A stretch of 64,000 nucleotides of DNA from Gnetum montanum (lineage: Eukaryota > Plantae > Gnetophyta), in the NCBI GenBank assembly GCA_015680685.1, contig MNCI01000651.1, forward strand, positions 1,116,001 through 1,180,000. The letters run 5' to 3'. Of the stretch, positions 62,185-64,000 are shown one piece after another. Both the position numbers and the translations under genes were made by a program. Position 1 is the stretch's first letter. The number at the start of each line of letters is the position of its first letter. Under the pieces are notes generated by a model. It saw nothing but the letters and a program-made list of their open reading frames with translations. It ran no database searches and was not told the DNA's origin.

Positions 62185-64000
62185 TGTAGGGATGTTGTAC
62201 CTTGATAAACCCTAATAGGACCCAATCCACAACTTCTAAGTAAATCTAGTTTAGAAAGTAAGAGCAACATAATGAAATATATAAAAATTCCCTTTTAGTA
62301 AGAAAATTCTCAAATACATAGAAAATACATCAAAGATGAGGAGCCAAGCTTAACTCACAAGCCTCCTAAGGATCTTAAAGGCCACACTTGTCCTCTCTTA
62401 ATCCTCAATTTCTCAAAATGGAGCCCAAGCTCAAGACAAGACACTTATAAGAGATTCTCCTAATCTCTCTCAAGTGCTCTCCCTTGCCTCTCATTCAACT
62501 TCCTTGCACAAGCTCTCTCTCTTGCCCTCTATTGGGATGTTTGGCCTTCAGTGTTTGTACTTTGGCCCTTGGCACTTTGGCACCAATAATAATGAATTAC
62601 ATCAATATTTATAAGCAACCAAAAGGTAAAAACCCTAGAAACTTTTCCTCAACTAAACTTGAGGTTTTGCAGCTATTTCCCAAGTCTTCTCACCTTCTCC
62701 CCGATTGTTTTCATCTTGGTTTGGCTATTTCCTAGATTGAAATGAAAATTTTTGGAAGTTTCTCCATGCATCTAGGTCATCTCTAGCTTCATTTAGACAT
62801 CTTATGTGAAAGCCTTACTCATGGAAGAGACATCTACTATTTTTTATAGACGTCTTTTATGGACTTGGGATTTCTTTACTTCAAGGGAGACATCGCTAGA
62901 AAGACATCTATCTTTTTGGGGATATGTCTATCCTAAAGGTGCCAAAAATAAAAATGCTTGTCTTGATGTTGAAAGCCTTTAGATACCTCCCAACATGTCC
63001 CCATAAATCCTAGAACCCTCTAAACTCAACAAAATAAGCCCAAAACACCCTAAAACATACCAAAACATCCAAAAATCATCCCCAACAAAAGCAACATAAA
63101 AAACACATAACACATAGGGTAGAACAAGGGGATTAGAAGGGGAAGGCACCATGCCCCCATGACTCAAGGCCATTACAATAATCATGACTCGATGCCTTAC
63201 AAACATGAGAATAAATATCATTGGAGGTTTTGGTCTTGAGCTTTTTTTGCTCATGGTGGCTTGTCCTCATGCCCCACCATGTTTCCTTTAGCTGAATCTC
63301 CTTGGAATGCTTTCCTTACATCCCCATGATGACTCAAACCTATAACAAATAAAGAATAAGAAAAATAAAAGGATTAGGCTTTCTTAATCCAACATCCTTT
63401 CTTTGCTTCTTTTTCCTCTTCTTCACCTTCTCCTTTTGGGTGTTTGGAAGACTACCACTTAAGCTTCCTTTCATCACCACCATGTAGATTACGTTCATGT
63501 TGCACTTCCATTTTACAGCCAAGACAATCAAATCCATCATCACACTTCACAAATTTTTCATTACTATAATCAATAGCAAGCATCTCTAAATTCTAGAAAA
63601 TCATATAATTATCATTGTTTTCACTTACATCAATAATGACCTTCTCATAATGATTATTCCAATAGCCATAATTATTAAACAAATATTCATTATTAGTCTT
63701 CCTATTGCTAACAATGACATCAAAATTCATAACACGACTCTCAATCCCATCACAATCACCACAATGATCATGATGCTCATCATTACCATTGAACAAACCA
63801 CTACCAAGCTAAAGTGAAAAACTAGCATCCATCACACTAGTTTCAACATGAGAGACATTACTACCATCAGCAAGGTCAAGCTCACTCTTACTTACCTCTT
63901 CCTGGCTTCTCCTATCCATCTTTGGTTCAACTTGATCTTCAATATGTGGCTATCAAATCTCATCAAAGGTTGAAGATTCAAGATTCCAAATAGGAGTTCC
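62185..64000. mobile_element. Probable LTR-element insertion into RNase H of copy D (extends beyond the window)
   Basis: Copy D pol similarity ends abruptly at TGTAGGG (62185). The following sequence is LTR-like, with repeated agacatct motifs also seen at 16040-16210. Confidence 0.45.

Overview
AT-rich land-plant nuclear DNA (lineage not determinable from sequence alone). It holds one intact host gene, an intronless P-class PPR protein with a C-terminal SMR domain (At1g74750/At1g18900-like; 17962-20751, +), in a field of decayed, nested retrotransposons. From left to right: the 3' half of an Athila-like Ty3/gypsy element; a full-length L1-clade LINE (minus strand, perfect 13-bp TSD, poly(A)); a Copia remnant interrupted by a LINE RT fragment and a probable solo LTR; the PPR-SMR gene; an Athila-like element (21575-45815) split in RNase H by a 13.4-kb Tat/Ogre-like element that encodes only Gag-protease and carries a ~180-190-bp tandem array; a third Athila-like 3' half; a Tekay-like element interrupted by an RTE LINE; and a fourth Athila-like copy on the minus strand. 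The most striking observation is a decayed coiled-coil plus DnaJ J-domain module (FHSDK, one C>T from FHPDK) inside the L1 boundaries, downstream of and possibly fused to ORF2. It is missing from the ORF track because transition-type stops break it. Also notable are four diverged copies of a ~900-codon Athila extra ORF; the three copies that retain the 5' end show a conserved TAG|ATG start and an upstream LTR-like TATA module. All translations and alignments were done by eye, and boundaries of decayed regions are approximate.
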